DNA of 64,000 nucleotides from Opitutales bacterium (GTDB lineage Bacteria; Verrucomicrobiota; Verrucomicrobiia; Opitutales; UBA2987), in NCBI GenBank assembly GCA_965226885.1, contig CBDDEL010000014.1, forward strand, positions 32,001 to 96,000. Reading direction: 5' to 3'. Made by a program: the position numbers and the translations under genes. Under the pieces are notes generated by a model. That model searched no databases and was not told where the DNA came from. It saw only the letters and a list, made by a program, of their open reading frames with translations. This document shows, piece after piece, positions 21,661 through 33,360 of this stretch (the first letter of the stretch is position 1; each line of letters starts with the position of its first letter).

Positions 21661-22731
21661 TCATATAATGAGCATGGCGTCTCCATAACTGAAAAACCGG
21701 TAACCCAACGAAATAGCTTCACCGTAGATAGCTTTCAACCATTTAATGCCGGTGGTCTCCCCCGGCGTGAGATAAGACGATACGAGGCAAAGGAGGGTTG
21801 ATCGCGGCAGGTGAAAATTGGTCAAAAGGGCATCCGTGACTTTAAACCGATAGGGTGGAATAATAAACAGATCGGCTTCCGAGCGAAAAGTTCCCTCCAC
21901 TTCAGGAATTGCCTGCCGGTGGGTCCAACAGTGCTCCATGGCTCTGGCCGAAGTGGTGCCGACGGCAATCCGGACCGTTCCCGAAGCGGGTTGGAGGGCT
22001 TTTAAGGTGGACCCGGAAATTTCATAAATTTCCTTGTGGATGGGGTGGTCTTCGACTTTTTCGCATTGCACCGGCTGAAAAGTATCCAGCCCAATTTGCA
22101 GAGTTAGGTCGTGAAAAGGGAATCCCAGCCGCTCCAGGCGATCAATCAGTTCAGGGCTGAAATGCAGGCCCGCGGTGGGGGCGGCGGCGGCCAGCTCTTT
22201 TTTGGGATGGGCATAAACCGTCTGGTAACGCTCCGAGTCCTGCGGATCGGGTTTCTGGCGGCGAATGTAGGGAGGCAGGGGCATTTCTCCCATTAGTTGG
22301 GTCAGTTGCAAGATGCTTTCATAGTTTGCCGGATTAAACTCGACCCGGTATTGGCCGGCATCCGATTTGGCCATCACCGTGGCCGAATATTTGCCTTGGC
22401 AGCCGAAAGTGGAACCCGGTTTGAGCCTGCGGCCGGGCTTGAGCAGGCACCACCATTGGTTCGGTATGCCAGCGGCAGGGTGGAGGAGTAGGCATTCCAC
22501 CTCTCCGCCGGTCGGCCTGCGGCCCCTCAGACGGGCTTTGATGACCTTTACATTATTGCGGAACAATCGGCTGCCATCCGGCAGCAAATCCGGCAGGTCG
22601 CGAAAAATGAAGTGTTCCAGGCGGCCGCTTTGGCGGTTGGCGAGCAACAACCTGGCATCGTCGCGCCGTGAGGCCGGAGATTGCGCGATGCACTCCTCCG
22701 GCAGATTGAAATCCAGCAGTTTGGTATCCAA
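21661..22731 (-). CDS. queA: S-adenosylmethionine:tRNA ribosyltransferase-isomerase
   Basis: DFNLPEECIAQ, PLPPYI, AAPTAGLHF, TNFHLPRSTL, FFSYGDAM; TTG start at 22731 preceded by AAGGA. Confidence 0.95.
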   Translation of the reverse strand: MDTKLLDFNLPEECIAQSPASRRDDARLLLANRQSGRLEHFIFRDLPDLLPDGSRLFRNNVKVIKARLRGRRPTGGEVECLLLHPAAGIPNQWWCLLKPGRRLKPGSTFGCQGKYSATVMAKSDAGQYRVEFNPANYESILQLTQLMGEMPLPPYIRRQKPDPQDSERYQTVYAHPKKELAAAAPTAGLHFSPELIDRLERLGFPFHDLTLQIGLDTFQPVQCEKVEDHPIHKEIYEISGSTLKALQPASGTVRIAVGTTSARAMEHCWTHRQAIPEVEGTFRSEADLFIIPPYRFKVTDALLTNFHLPRSTLLCLVSSYLTPGETTGIKWLKAIYGEAISLGYRFFSYGDAMLII

Positions 22732-22745
22732 AGTCCTTGGGGGGT

Positions 22746-23360
22746 CTATCGCTGTAGTGCCGGGGCGTCGCTTGTCGGCGTTACCTGACACGCCTTGTTC
22801 GACTCCCATTTTTCCCTTGAGATTCCAAGTAGGTTTACGTCAACACACTTTCCAGTCTTTTGACATCCTTGAGGAATATATTCGATAAATTTCATTCCGC
22901 TTTTCATCAAAACAATTTCGCTGGCTTTGTTCCAGATTGCATGACAGGCAACGATTTTTGAAGCTCCTAATTCTTCGAATCCAAATTTCATCAAAGCAGA
23001 AATCGCTTCAGACATGTATCCTTTATTCTGTTTTTCCGGATGGGTCCAAAAGCCAAAATCCCAAACGGAATCACTTTTTGATCGAATCGATATCCTTCCG
23101 ATAAATTCTTTTGATTTTTTCGATTCGATACTGAAACAGTAGCCTTGATCTTCCTTCCACGCTCTAACATTCGCTTCGTGGGGTGCGATCAACTCTTCCT
23201 CACGTTGAGGCGGATCCCAGAGCATGCCATCATTGAAGCCATCGTGCCGGGTTGCGGAGAATATGTGAGGAATGTCTTCTTTCGAAACGTATCTTAGACG
23301 AGAAACGTATCTTAGACGACACCGAGGCGTTTCAATAGAATATGAGGTGGGAAACTTCAT
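22746..23360 (-). CDS. GNAT (RimJ/RimL) family N-acetyltransferase
   Basis: IETPRCRLR, QNKGYMSEA, NKASEIVLMKSGM; AT-richer than neighbours; in-frame 18-bp duplication. Confidence 0.85.
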   Translation of the reverse strand: MKFPTSYSIETPRCRLRYVSRLRYVSKEDIPHIFSATRHDGFNDGMLWDPPQREEELIAPHEANVRAWKEDQGYCFSIESKKSKEFIGRISIRSKSDSVWDFGFWTHPEKQNKGYMSEAISALMKFGFEELGASKIVACHAIWNKASEIVLMKSGMKFIEYIPQGCQKTGKCVDVNLLGISREKWESNKACQVTPTSDAPALQR

Positions 23361-23376
23361 TTTTGGCCAATCATTC

Positions 23377-25362
23377 TTATTGGCGGCCCTTGACTAGTTG
23401 ATTGACCGTTGAGGGGTCGGCCAGGGTGGAGATGTCGCCCAGGGATTCGCTGTCCACGGTTCCTTCGGCAATTTTCCGCAATATCCGCCGCATGATTTTG
23501 CCCGATCGTGTCTTGGGCAGGGCATCGGTGAACTGTATTTTATCGGGCGCCGCAATGGGGCCGATTTCTTTGCGCACGTGCAGGACAAGCTCTTTCTTCA
23601 AGCCTTCGCTTTCGGCCACCCCTTCCACCAGGGTGACATAGGCGTAGAGGCCCTGCCCCTTGATTTCGTGAGGCATGGGAGCGACGGCAGCCTCGGCCAC
23701 CATTGTGTGGCTGACGAGGGCGCTTTCCACCTCCGCAGTGCCTATACGGTGGCCGGAGACGTTGACCACGTCGTCGATCCGGCCCATCAACCAGTAATTG
23801 CCATCCTCGTCCACGCGGCAGCCATCGCCGGTGGTATAGACATCGTTGTAGATGGTAAAATAGGTGTCGATAAAACGGTCGTGATCGCCCCAGTTGGTCC
23901 GCATCATGCCGGGCCAGGAGTTCTTGATGATCAGTTTGCCGCCCTCATTGACGTCGCATTCGGAACCGTCGTCGCGCAGAATGGCCGGTTCGATCCCGAA
24001 AAACGGGCGGCAGGCGCTTCCCGGTTTGGTGGTGTGCGCTCCGGGCAAAGGCGTTATGAGAACGCCTCCCGTTTCCGTTTGCCACCAGGTATCGACGATG
24101 GGGCAGCGGGTTTTGCCGATCTGCTCATGGTACCAAATCCAGGCTTCGGGGTTGATCGGTTCGCCCACCGTGCCGAGTATACGGAGCGAATCCAGGTTGT
24201 GCTTGGCTGGCCACTCGTCACCCAGCCGGATGAGGGCGCGGATGGCGGTTGGGGCGGTGTAAAAAATGCTCACCTTGTATTTTTCCACGATCTGCCAGAA
24301 ACGGCCCGCGTCGGGGTAGGTAGGTACGCCTTCGAACATGAGCGTGGTGGCCCCGTTGGCCAACGGTCCGTAAACGATATAGCTGTGCCCGGTGACCCAG
24401 CCGATGTCGGCGGTGCACCAGTAAATATCGTCATCGTGCAGGTCGAAAATGTATTTGTGGGTAATGGCGGCATAAAGCAAATAACCCGCCGTGGTATGCA
24501 CCACACCCTTGGGTTTGCCGGTCGATCCGGAAGTGTAGAGAATAAAAAGTTTGTCCTCAGCGTTGAGGGAGGCTGCCTCGCACTGGTCGGAGGCTTCCGC
24601 CATCAAATCATGGTACCACAGATCGCGACCCTCGACGACCTGGCACGGCGCTTCATTTCGCCTGACAAGAACCACTTTTTCAATTGAGGGGGTGTCCTGA
24701 AGGGCTTCATCGGAAATATCTTTCAACCGGATATGCTTGCCTGCTCGTAAGGAGACATTGGCGGTGATGAGCAGTTTGCAGTCGGAGTCGTTGATGCGCC
24801 CGCGCAGGGCGTCGGCACTGAAGCCCCCGAAGACGACTGAGTGGATGGCCCCGAGGCGGGCGCAGGCCAGCATGGCCACAGGAAGTTCCGGGATCATGGG
24901 CAGGTAGATGCAGACCCGGTCGCCTTTGCTTATTTTGAGGGACTTGAGGACATTGGCGAATTTGCAGACTTCTCCATGCAGTTCGGCATAGGAAATATGC
25001 CGGGTTTCCTCCTCCGGTTCTCCTTGCCAGATGATGGCTGTTTTTTGGGCGGTGGGCGTTCCCAGGTGCCGGTCCAGGCAGTTGTGGGAAACATTGAGTT
25101 CCCCGTCGGCAAACCAGGTATGTTCGATCTTGCGCTGCTCGGTGTTCCAGTTTTGCTGGCGCGCTTTGGTCGGCTTTTTAAACCAGGACAGGTTTTCTGC
25201 CTGTTCGAGCCAGAATCCTTCCACATCCCGCACGGAGCGATTATACATCTCCAGGTATTGCTCCTGCGAGTTTATATGCGCTTTTTCGGTAATATTGGAA
25301 GGTGGAGGAAACGTCCTCCTTTCGCTCATAAGTGAAGAGATGGATTTACTTTCCTCAGTCAT
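23377..25362 (-). CDS. acs: acetate--CoA ligase
   Basis: [32 protein letters not shown]. Confidence 0.97.
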   Translation of the reverse strand: MTEESKSISSLMSERRTFPPPSNITEKAHINSQEQYLEMYNRSVRDVEGFWLEQAENLSWFKKPTKARQQNWNTEQRKIEHTWFADGELNVSHNCLDRHLGTPTAQKTAIIWQGEPEEETRHISYAELHGEVCKFANVLKSLKISKGDRVCIYLPMIPELPVAMLACARLGAIHSVVFGGFSADALRGRINDSDCKLLITANVSLRAGKHIRLKDISDEALQDTPSIEKVVLVRRNEAPCQVVEGRDLWYHDLMAEASDQCEAASLNAEDKLFILYTSGSTGKPKGVVHTTAGYLLYAAITHKYIFDLHDDDIYWCTADIGWVTGHSYIVYGPLANGATTLMFEGVPTYPDAGRFWQIVEKYKVSIFYTAPTAIRALIRLGDEWPAKHNLDSLRILGTVGEPINPEAWIWYHEQIGKTRCPIVDTWWQTETGGVLITPLPGAHTTKPGSACRPFFGIEPAILRDDGSECDVNEGGKLIIKNSWPGMMRTNWGDHDRFIDTYFTIYNDVYTTGDGCRVDEDGNYWLMGRIDDVVNVSGHRIGTAEVESALVSHTMVAEAAVAPMPHEIKGQGLYAYVTLVEGVAESEGLKKELVLHVRKEIGPIAAPDKIQFTDALPKTRSGKIMRRILRKIAEGTVDSESLGDISTLADPSTVNQLVKGRQ

Positions 25363-25578
25363 TTTATTTTATTATTAAGAGTCCAAGGTTCCCTTTGTGG
25401 ATTGGTTCCCTTGGTATTCTAGCCTTGTTTGAATGGGGTTTCAGGTACTTGCCGGGCGCCGAAAGTGTCAACCTTATCTTTTCATGGATTTCGCTGCCGG
25501 AATCAATCCTCTTGTATCTTTCTTGTATCTTGACAGGTAAAATGCCACCTTTTTCCTCTAAAAATTCATAGTTACTGC

Positions 25579-26688
25579 ATGAATTCACCACTCGCTACCT
25601 CATCGCTCCAGTCGAAAACCGCCCAAACTGAGGCGGCGGCCTTCATCATCGATGCCGATGTGCACAACTATCCTGCTTCCATGGAGGACTTTTTCCCTTT
25701 TCTATCCTCCCGATGGAAGGCCTATATTTGCCAGTCGGGGATGCCATTGCCGGGAGTCTCGCTATACCCCAAAGTATATGAAAGAGCCGCCCGACGCGAT
25801 GCCTGGACTCCTGATGGGAATGCGCCCGGAACCGATCCCGATTTTGCCAGAGAACAACTGCTCGATGCCTGGAAGATAAAAACCGCCATCCTCAATCCCC
25901 TGGTGGGCATTCCGGCGGTGCACAACCTCGATTTGGGCAACGCCCTTATGCGGGCGACGAACGACTGGATGGCCTCTGTCTGGCTGGATGCGGATGCGCG
26001 CTGGCGCGGTTCCATGGTAGTCAATGTGAACGACCCGGAAGCCTCCGCGGTGGAAATCCGGCGGGTTTCCGCGGATTCGCGCTTTGTTCAGGTTCTACTG
26101 CTGGTGCGCTCTCACGCGCCTTACGGCCGCCGGGAATTTCGACCCATCTTTGAGGCTGCGGCCGAGGTTGGCCTGCCTGTAGGCATACACTTCGGGGGCG
26201 ATGGCAAGGGCAATCCGATTACTCCCTGCGGGTGGCCTTCCTATTATATTGAGGACCACACCGTAATGACTCAGGCTTTTGAAACCCAGGTCGTCAGCCT
26301 CGTTTGTGAAGGGGTTTTTGACCAAATTCCGCAAACCCGGGTGGTTTTGATCGAGGGCGGATTTGCCTGGCTGCCGGCTCTCATGTGGCGTCTGGACAAA
26401 AATTACCGTGGTTTGCGCAGCGAGGTTCCCTGGCTGAGGAAGGCGCCCAGTGAATACATTATGGAGCATTTCCGCGCCACCACCCAACCGATGGAAGAAC
26501 CGAATAACCCTATACACCTCCTTCAAATGATGGAAATGATCGGGCGCGATGATTTTTTAATGTTCGCCACGGACTATCCTCATTGGGATTTCGACGCCCC
26601 CGATCGCGCTTTGCCATCCGCTATGCCGAAGTCTTTGCGCGAGAAGATCATGAGCGAAAACGCGGCCTTGTTTTATGGCTTCGAGTGA
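25579..26688 (+). CDS. amidohydrolase_2-fold metalloprotein (possible dinuclear oxygenase subunit)
   Basis: [32 protein letters not shown]. Confidence 0.85.
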   Translation: MNSPLATSSLQSKTAQTEAAAFIIDADVHNYPASMEDFFPFLSSRWKAYICQSGMPLPGVSLYPKVYERAARRDAWTPDGNAPGTDPDFAREQLLDAWKIKTAILNPLVGIPAVHNLDLGNALMRATNDWMASVWLDADARWRGSMVVNVNDPEASAVEIRRVSADSRFVQVLLLVRSHAPYGRREFRPIFEAAAEVGLPVGIHFGGDGKGNPITPCGWPSYYIEDHTVMTQAFETQVVSLVCEGVFDQIPQTRVVLIEGGFAWLPALMWRLDKNYRGLRSEVPWLRKAPSEYIMEHFRATTQPMEEPNNPIHLLQMMEMIGRDDFLMFATDYPHWDFDAPDRALPSAMPKSLREKIMSENAALFYGFE

Positions 26689-27040
26689 GCACGACATCGG
26701 TTCGATCGACGATTTCCAATCGGGCCGGGCCTACCCCATGTCAGTTGGCGGAAGGCAGTTGGCGGTTGTCCGCAACAACGATGCCTTTTATGCTTTCCGG
26801 GACATTTGTCCCCACCAGGGTGCTCATCTTTCCAGCGGATTGGTGAGCGGTTCGCCCAAACCCTGTCTGCCCGGCGATGAGATCGTTTTGGACAAGACAG
26901 GCCAAATCATCGTATGCCCCTGGCACGGGTGGGAGTTCGACCTCAACAATGGCGACCCGCTGGCAGAATCATGCCGTGGGCAGTTAAAAACCTATGCGGT
27001 TGAGGTAAAAAGCGACCGCGTAATTATCACTTTCGGCTAG
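26675..27040 (+). CDS. Rieske [2Fe-2S] ferredoxin
   Basis: CPHQG ... CPWHGWEFD; overlaps the upstream gene by 14 nt. Confidence 0.92.
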   Translation: MASSEHDIGSIDDFQSGRAYPMSVGGRQLAVVRNNDAFYAFRDICPHQGAHLSSGLVSGSPKPCLPGDEIVLDKTGQIIVCPWHGWEFDLNNGDPLAESCRGQLKTYAVEVKSDRVIITFG

Positions 27041-27151
27041 TGTCGTATTCCGTTAAAGACTTTACAGGGTTAGAGCTCAATTTCTATTAAATATGCCGAC
27101 GGACCTAAATTTAGTTGCTATTTCAAATTACGACTTCATCTAGATGGGTAC

Positions 27152-27859
27152 ATGCTCGACTCGGTAATTGAGAAACTATTGGCCTTACAGGAGTGCGACT
27201 CGCGCCGGGACAATATCCAAAGTCAATTGGAGCGCATTCCGGTGGAGATTGCCCGGAGTGAGAAAAACATCCAAAATGAGTTGGAGGCCATTGAAGCGGC
27301 TAAAAATGCCGTCCGTGAGATGGAAGTCCGCCGGAAAAACCTGGATACGGAAATCAAGCAGTCCGAGGAACAAATCGCCCGTTACAAAACCCAGCAGTTG
27401 CAGGTCAAAAAGAACGAAGAATATCAGGCTTTGCAGCATGAAATTAACAACTTGACCAGCAAGATCAGCGACCTCGAAGACAGCGAAATAGGCATTATGC
27501 TGGAGGTCGATGAAGCCGCCGAAAAAGCGAAAAAAGAAGAGGCGGAGCGAAAACAGAGCATCGAGGATTTGAAGACTTTAATTTCCAAGCGCGAGGTCCA
27601 CCGAGAGGAATTTAAAGCCAATCTGGAGAGCGCCGTGGCGGCCGTCGAAAGCGCCGCTTCCGAGTTGGATGAAAAGTCGATGCGGGGATACCAATACGTC
27701 AAGATGAAGGCCAAGAGGCCGCCATTTGTAGTTCCCCTGGACGGGCAGAAATGCACGGGTTGCCACCTGCGCGTGCCTAATGAGGTAAAGGCGGAAATGC
27801 TCAAGGGCAAGGAGCTGGTCCGCTGTAACAATTGCAGCCGGATTCTTTATTCAATATAA
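27152..27859 (+). CDS. coiled-coil protein with C4 zinc ribbon (DUF164/CT398-like)
   Basis: Long coiled coil, KNEEYQALQHEI, CTGC...CNNCSRIL. Confidence 0.88.
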   Translation: MLDSVIEKLLALQECDSRRDNIQSQLERIPVEIARSEKNIQNELEAIEAAKNAVREMEVRRKNLDTEIKQSEEQIARYKTQQLQVKKNEEYQALQHEINNLTSKISDLEDSEIGIMLEVDEAAEKAKKEEAERKQSIEDLKTLISKREVHREEFKANLESAVAAVESAASELDEKSMRGYQYVKMKAKRPPFVVPLDGQKCTGCHLRVPNEVKAEMLKGKELVRCNNCSRILYSI

Positions 27860-27975
27860 GCAGGTAAGACCTTCTTGCATCCTGCATCCCGTTTCATGTA
27901 TCCTAAAAATCATCATTATTAAGTGACCTGAAATTGATATTGATATTGAAATTTCGCCAGTGAATTGCAATTGCC

Positions 27976-29049
27976 ATGGATCTTGAAAAACTTCGGCAGG
28001 AAATCGACGCCATTGATCGGGAAATAATAGGACAGCTCAATGCGCGGATTAAGCTGGCCTGCGAGATTGGCCGAATCAAAGAAGAGAATGGGCAGGAAGT
28101 TTATGTGCCGGGGAGGGAAGAGGAGGTTTTTGCCAAACTTAATGAAATTAATGAAGGGCCACTGCAGGAGAATACCATCCGGTCTATTTACCGGGAAATA
28201 ATTTCGGCCGCAATCGCTTTGGAGAAACCGATTTTGGTGGCCTACCTGGGCCCGGAAGCCACTTACACCCAGCAAGCCGCCATGAAAAATTTTGGCTCCA
28301 GCGTAAAATATCAGCCTTTGAGCGGCATTGGGGATGTTTTTTCAGCAGTGGAAAGGGGCGATGCCGATTACGGTGTCATCCCGAGGGAAAATTCGACCGA
28401 GGGCGCGGTCGAGGAAACGCTGGACATGCTGGTCAAGACGGATCTTAAAATTATTGCCCAGATTCATTTGGGAATTTCTCTTTGCCTGATATCCAATTCG
28501 CCCCTGGAGGATATCGCATCGGTTCACTCCAAGGACAAAGCCCTGGGGCAATGCCGCCAATGGCTCAACCACAATTTGGCCGGGGTGACGCGGGTAGAGG
28601 CGGCCAGCACTTCCCAGGCCGTAAAGTTTGCCGGGGAAAATCCTGGAACCGCTGCCATCGCCAGCCGTTTGGCTGCTGAATTATACGATGTGCCCATCAT
28701 CGCGGAGGGTATTGAGGACCGCCGGGAGAATTTCACTCGATTTTTTGTCATCGGAGAAATTGTGCCCGAACATCCCGAGGGCGAATTTCCTGAAAAAACC
28801 TCATTTGTCTTTTCCATCAAAGATGAGCCTGGGGCGCTCATCAATGCCCTTGAGCCGTTCAGCACACGGGGCCTCAATCTGAGCAAAATCGAATCGCGGC
28901 CCAGTAAAACGAAACTCTGGGATTATTATTTTTTCATCGATGTGCTGGGAAACCAAAAGGACCCCTCCCTGCAAGCGGCGGTGGAGGAGTTGGAGAAATC
29001 CTGTTCCATGGTCAAATGGCTCGGCAGTTACCCGGACACCGATGTTTGA
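27976..29049 (+). CDS. pheA: chorismate mutase/prephenate dehydratase (P-protein)
   Basis: LRQEIDAID, AYLGPEATYT, ENSTEG, NFTRF, KIESRP. Confidence 0.95.
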   Translation: MDLEKLRQEIDAIDREIIGQLNARIKLACEIGRIKEENGQEVYVPGREEEVFAKLNEINEGPLQENTIRSIYREIISAAIALEKPILVAYLGPEATYTQQAAMKNFGSSVKYQPLSGIGDVFSAVERGDADYGVIPRENSTEGAVEETLDMLVKTDLKIIAQIHLGISLCLISNSPLEDIASVHSKDKALGQCRQWLNHNLAGVTRVEAASTSQAVKFAGENPGTAAIASRLAAELYDVPIIAEGIEDRRENFTRFFVIGEIVPEHPEGEFPEKTSFVFSIKDEPGALINALEPFSTRGLNLSKIESRPSKTKLWDYYFFIDVLGNQKDPSLQAAVEELEKSCSMVKWLGSYPDTDV

Positions 29050-29064
29050 GGACTAAGCCAGGTA

Positions 29065-29355
29065 GTGGCCACGGGTGAAAAAATAAAAATAACGGTGCGC
29101 GTGATTCCCAACGCTTCGCGCAACGAGATCGTCGGGTGGGTGGGGGAAGAATTGAAAATCAAGGTGCAAGCCCCGCCGGAGGGTGGGCGGGCCAACAAGG
29201 CACTCATTGAATTTTTAAGCAAAGTCCTCAAATTAGCGCGAAGAGAAGCAAATATCACCGCCGGGCAAAAGTCCCGCCGTAAAACATTGGAAATCGCCCA
29301 TCTTTCCCTCGAAGAATTGAAAAACAGAATCGCTCAGCTAAACCCTGAAATTTGA
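29065..29355 (+). CDS. DUF167/YggU family protein
   Basis: VRVIPNASRNEI, APPEGGRANKAL, GQKSRRK. Confidence 0.9.
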   Translation: MATGEKIKITVRVIPNASRNEIVGWVGEELKIKVQAPPEGGRANKALIEFLSKVLKLARREANITAGQKSRRKTLEIAHLSLEELKNRIAQLNPEI

Positions 29356-29644
29356 TAACGGGCGCAGTTGGTCGCAGAGTTATTCTCCAATTTATTTACC
29401 ACGGATTGGAGGATGTCGCTTTGCTCGGTGCACGGATGAGCACGGATAATTTGTTAATAATTTGCAGATTTAAGAAAGATTGGGGCGGGCACTCAATTCA
29501 ATTTGGCAAGGCACGTTTTAATTGGAAGAAGTTTCAATGTCCGCTCCTCCACAGCCGGAGGGGCTGGCCGGGATTATATTTGTATATTGAGTAAATATCA
29601 AAGAGCGATACGTCCTCTTTTGATAATCCAAATATGAATTTTGA

Positions 29645-30078
29645 ATGTTGTCCCGTTTCAGAGTTCCCGATGCCGCAACCAGACAGTGGCTGGTTTTCCT
29701 GAGCAACAACTTCACCTTGGCCGCCTTGACTATCACGGCCATATACAAAAGCCGCTGGCATATCGAACTGTTCTTCAAGTGGATTAAGCAGAACCTCCGC
29801 ATAAAGGCATTTTTTGGCATAACCAAGAACGCCGTGAAGACCCAGATTTGGGTCGCCATATACTTTTATCTAATGGATGCCTGTTTGAAAAAAATGCATG
29901 GAATTGATCGGACCCCATCTTTGCTACCACTTTAAGTGAGATTATTTCCGTAGGTTTGGTATTGTAGGTTTTGCAGGGGGTGGCGGAGTGAGGCCGTAGG
30001 CCGAATGGAGCCATTCGCTGCTTTGTTGATTGTTCGCCAGAGTCTGGCGAATGTATTGGGGGTAACTGGACACTAGTG
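29645..30078 (+). mobile_element. IS4-family relic (transposase C-terminal fragment and right end)
   Basis: YKSRWHIELFFKWIKQNLRIKAFFG...NAVKTQIW; terminus-like GGACACTAGTG ending at 30078. Confidence 0.8.
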
Positions 30079-30157
30079 ATACGATACCTTTAACTTAAAC
30101 TAATGCGACTTTAACGGCATTGCGTTAGCTTGAAGTTTCCAGATCGTATCATTTTGA

Positions 30158-30796
30158 TTACGCATGGCTTTCTCCTTCGACATGAGCAACCTTGGTATCA
30201 TCTCTAAAGAAAAATATGAAGAAACCGATCAGTGCTGCTGTCATGCCGATTGGCCAGAGCCAGATGGTATGCCAATCGTGTCCACCCTCTGTTGCGTATT
30301 TTTCGACTACCATGCCTGCGAGATTGCTGCCCAGAAACCAACCGAGACCAAATGTTATGAGGAAGTTGAGGCCCTGCGCCTGGGACCGGATGCTCTTGTC
30401 GGCCTTCTTGTCGGTGTAGAGTTGCCCGGTGACAAAGAAAAAATCATAACACGGGCCATGCAGGAGGAGGCCAGCAAATACCAGGATCCATAACTCCGTT
30501 CCCCAGTCTCCAAATGAAAAACAGATGAAGCGGGCGATCCATGCAAACATACCTATAAGGAGCATTATCTTCACTCCGAAACGGACAAAGAAAAACGGCA
30601 TGGCAACAAGGAAGATGACTTCAGCCATCTGGCCCGAGGATTGCCAGGCCTGGGCTGCATTCATAGTCGGGAACTCATTCAGATACAGGTTGGCAAATGA
30701 CCAGTAAAACATCGCGGGGAAAAAGATCAGGAATGAGGATATGGCAAATACCGCAAAGTTCGGATCTTTAAAAAGGCGCAATGCCTTCAGGCCTAG
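30158..30796 (-). pseudogene. nucleoside:H+ symporter (NupG/XapB-like MFS), C-terminal half only
   Basis: GQMAEVIF, LLHGPCYDFFFVTGQLY, RSQAQG; 5' half replaced by an IS1380 end. Confidence 0.88.
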
Positions 30797-31142
30797 CCCG
30801 GATATTTCATGAAGGGTAAAGTTTGGCTCGTTATTGCTATTGGAGATGGATTTCTTTGTATTTTGAGCAGATCGTCTTGATTTTTAGGTGTTTTTCAGGG
30901 TGTAGAGACACTGCCCCCTTTCCCCCATTGGTTCGGTAGTGCCGGGGGCAGCACCAATGCACCCTTTAGGTTGGCACCAATCGGCGGGCCGCATGGTTGA
31001 AAAGACTGGCCCAAGGATAACTCTCACTTAGGTGAAAGTGAATCGTTCGGGTGTTGCGCACGATGACCGCTCCGATCTTGATTAATTTGAGCCGCAGGGT
31101 GTGGCATTGGGCCCGCGCCCACTTCGTCCCTTTTAAGGCTAA
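30797..31142 (-). mobile_element. IS1380 right-end fragment, inverted
   Basis: Reverse complement of 32364-32709; CTAG at the outer flank. Confidence 0.93.
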
Positions 31143-32709
31143 CCCGGATATTTCGTAAAAAAAGTATCGTTGATATGCTTAACTGCTGATATACAGCAGG
31201 ATAGATCAATAATTAAAGCAATATCAGCGATGACAAAAGGTAAACAATTAAAGCTACAGTTGACAAGGGTAAAAGGCCGCCGTGTGCGGGTTGATTTCAA
31301 GGGCGGAGAGGTTACTTCGGATGCCGGACTGCTTTTGATCCGGGAAGTGGATCGGCAGTTGGGCTTGACCGAACGAGCGGCCCGACAGTTAGTGGACAAA
31401 CGGCAGAAGGGCAAAGTACGCCATGAGGTATTGGGGATGCTGCGGCAGCGCGTTTACGGGCTGGTGGCGGGCTATGAGGATTTGAACGACTTTGATACCC
31501 TGCGCCACGATCCATTGTTGCAAACGGTAACGGGGCGCATTGAAACGTTGGCCAGCGCGCCGACTTTGTGTCGTTTTGAAAACGGGCAGGATCGGCGGGC
31601 GGCCTTTGCGGTAAACGAGCTGTTGGTCGAACAGTTCATGGGCTCCTTTGCCGAGGAACCCGAAGAGATCATCCTGGACTTTGACGCCACCGACAATCCG
31701 GTGCACGGGCTCCAGGAGGGACGTTTTTTCCACGGTTATTATGATCATTACTGTTTTCTGCCGCTATATGTTTTTTGCGGTGATCAGCTGCTGGTGGCCT
31801 ACCTGCGGCCGAGCAAGATCGATGCCAGCAAGCATGCCGGGGCCATCCTCAAATTGCTGGTTAAACGGATGCGCCAAAGCTGGCCCCGTACGCGGATTAT
31901 TTGGCGCGCCGACAGTGGATTTTGTCGAGACCGGATACTCTCTTGGTGCGACCGCAACGAAGTTAGTTACATCGTGGGGATGGCTCGCAATGCACGCTTG
32001 CAGCAAGACGCCCAGCAGTTGCAAAAGCAGGCCAAAGAATGGTTCGAACTAAGGGGTAAAAAACAACGGTTATTCCAGGACTTCGTCTATGCTGCCGATT
32101 CGTGGCGATGGCTGCGGTTGGTCATCCATAAAGCCGCACACACCGCACAGGGGTCCAACCCGCGCTTCGTGGTGACGAACCTACCGGGCGATCCCCAGGA
32201 GCTTTACGACAAGGTATACTGTGGCCGCGGTGAAATGGAGAACCGAATCAAGGAACAGATGCAATTGTTCAGCGAGCGCACCAGCGCCCATCAATGGTGG
32301 GCCAATCAGTGGCGATTGCTCTTGTCGGCGCTGGCCTACACCTTGATGGAAGCCATGCGCCGGTTAGCCTTAAAAGGGACGAAGTGGGCGCGGGCCCAAT
32401 GCCACACCCTGCGGCTCAAATTAATCAAGATCGGAGCGGTCATCGTGCGCAACACCCGAACGATTCACTTTCACCTAAGTGAGAGTTATCCTTGGGCCAG
32501 TCTTTTCAACCATGCGGCCCGCCGATTGGTGCCAACCTAAAGGGTGCATTGGTGCTGCCCCCGGCACTACCGAACCAATGGGGGAAAGGGGGCAGTGTCT
32601 CTACACCCTGAAAAACACCTAAAAATCAAGACGATCTGCTCAAAATACAAAGAAATCCATCTCCAATAGCAATAACGAGCCAAACTTTACCCTTCATGAA
32701 ATATCCGGG
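31143..32709 (+). mobile_element. IS1380-family element, full length (transposase 31230-32540)
   Basis: IRs CCCGGATATTTC/GAAATATCCGGG; SDAGLLL, GYEDLND, LDFDATD, RADSGF, RGEMENRIKE. Confidence 0.96.
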
Positions 32710-33181
32710 CTAGTATCATGGCGCAATCCTTAAATATAATCGGTATATAAAATTTTTTACCTACGCTAGTTGAAATCTCAATATATCCCGGTTTTAATAC
32801 ATTTGCACCTACTATCTTAGATCGATCAATAACCTCAATCTCGCTCCAAACTTTCACAGTTATCTGTTCTGGTGTAATGCGAACAAAATTTTTCCTGGTA
32901 GTAATGTAACAAGCAACAGCAGTTCCCCCTAGGATCATGCTGATAGGCAAAGTAAAAAAAACCCAATCCAAGTGCGACATGTCTGATACCGTTATTGCTA
33001 CCGCAAACAGAAAAAGAAAGCCGCAGACGGCATGGAGCAAACGAGATGCCGGGAAGTAATATATGGCGGACGTAAACTTTACACCATAGGCACGAGATTT
33101 CCTTTCTGTACAAAACGAATAAACCATCGGCAACGAACCGATCAAAGCTACCGTGAGAATTGTTCCAATTACCCCCGTCAT
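32710..33181 (-). pseudogene. AT-rich hypothetical membrane protein, 3' end cut by IS1380
   Basis: About three TM segments; frame runs into the IS end. Confidence 0.55.
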
Positions 33182-33360
33182 TATATTTTAAAAACCGATC
33201 GCATGATTAGAGATGACTGAAAATTTAAAATCTTTTTTTTAATTCGTTACGACAATACGGGTAGAGAACTGCTCCAAGTATCGAAATGATAAAAGGATTA
33301 AAAGCCAAAAGGTTTTTTGACCAGGTGAAAGATTCGGGATCTGGCAAATATCTATGAAGG

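Noticed and set aside
30158..33181. One gene split by the IS1380 unit (flanks join in frame at CTAG)
   Set aside because: The upstream part is an AT-rich protein unlike the N-terminal half of a nucleoside permease; the in-frame join is likely coincidental.
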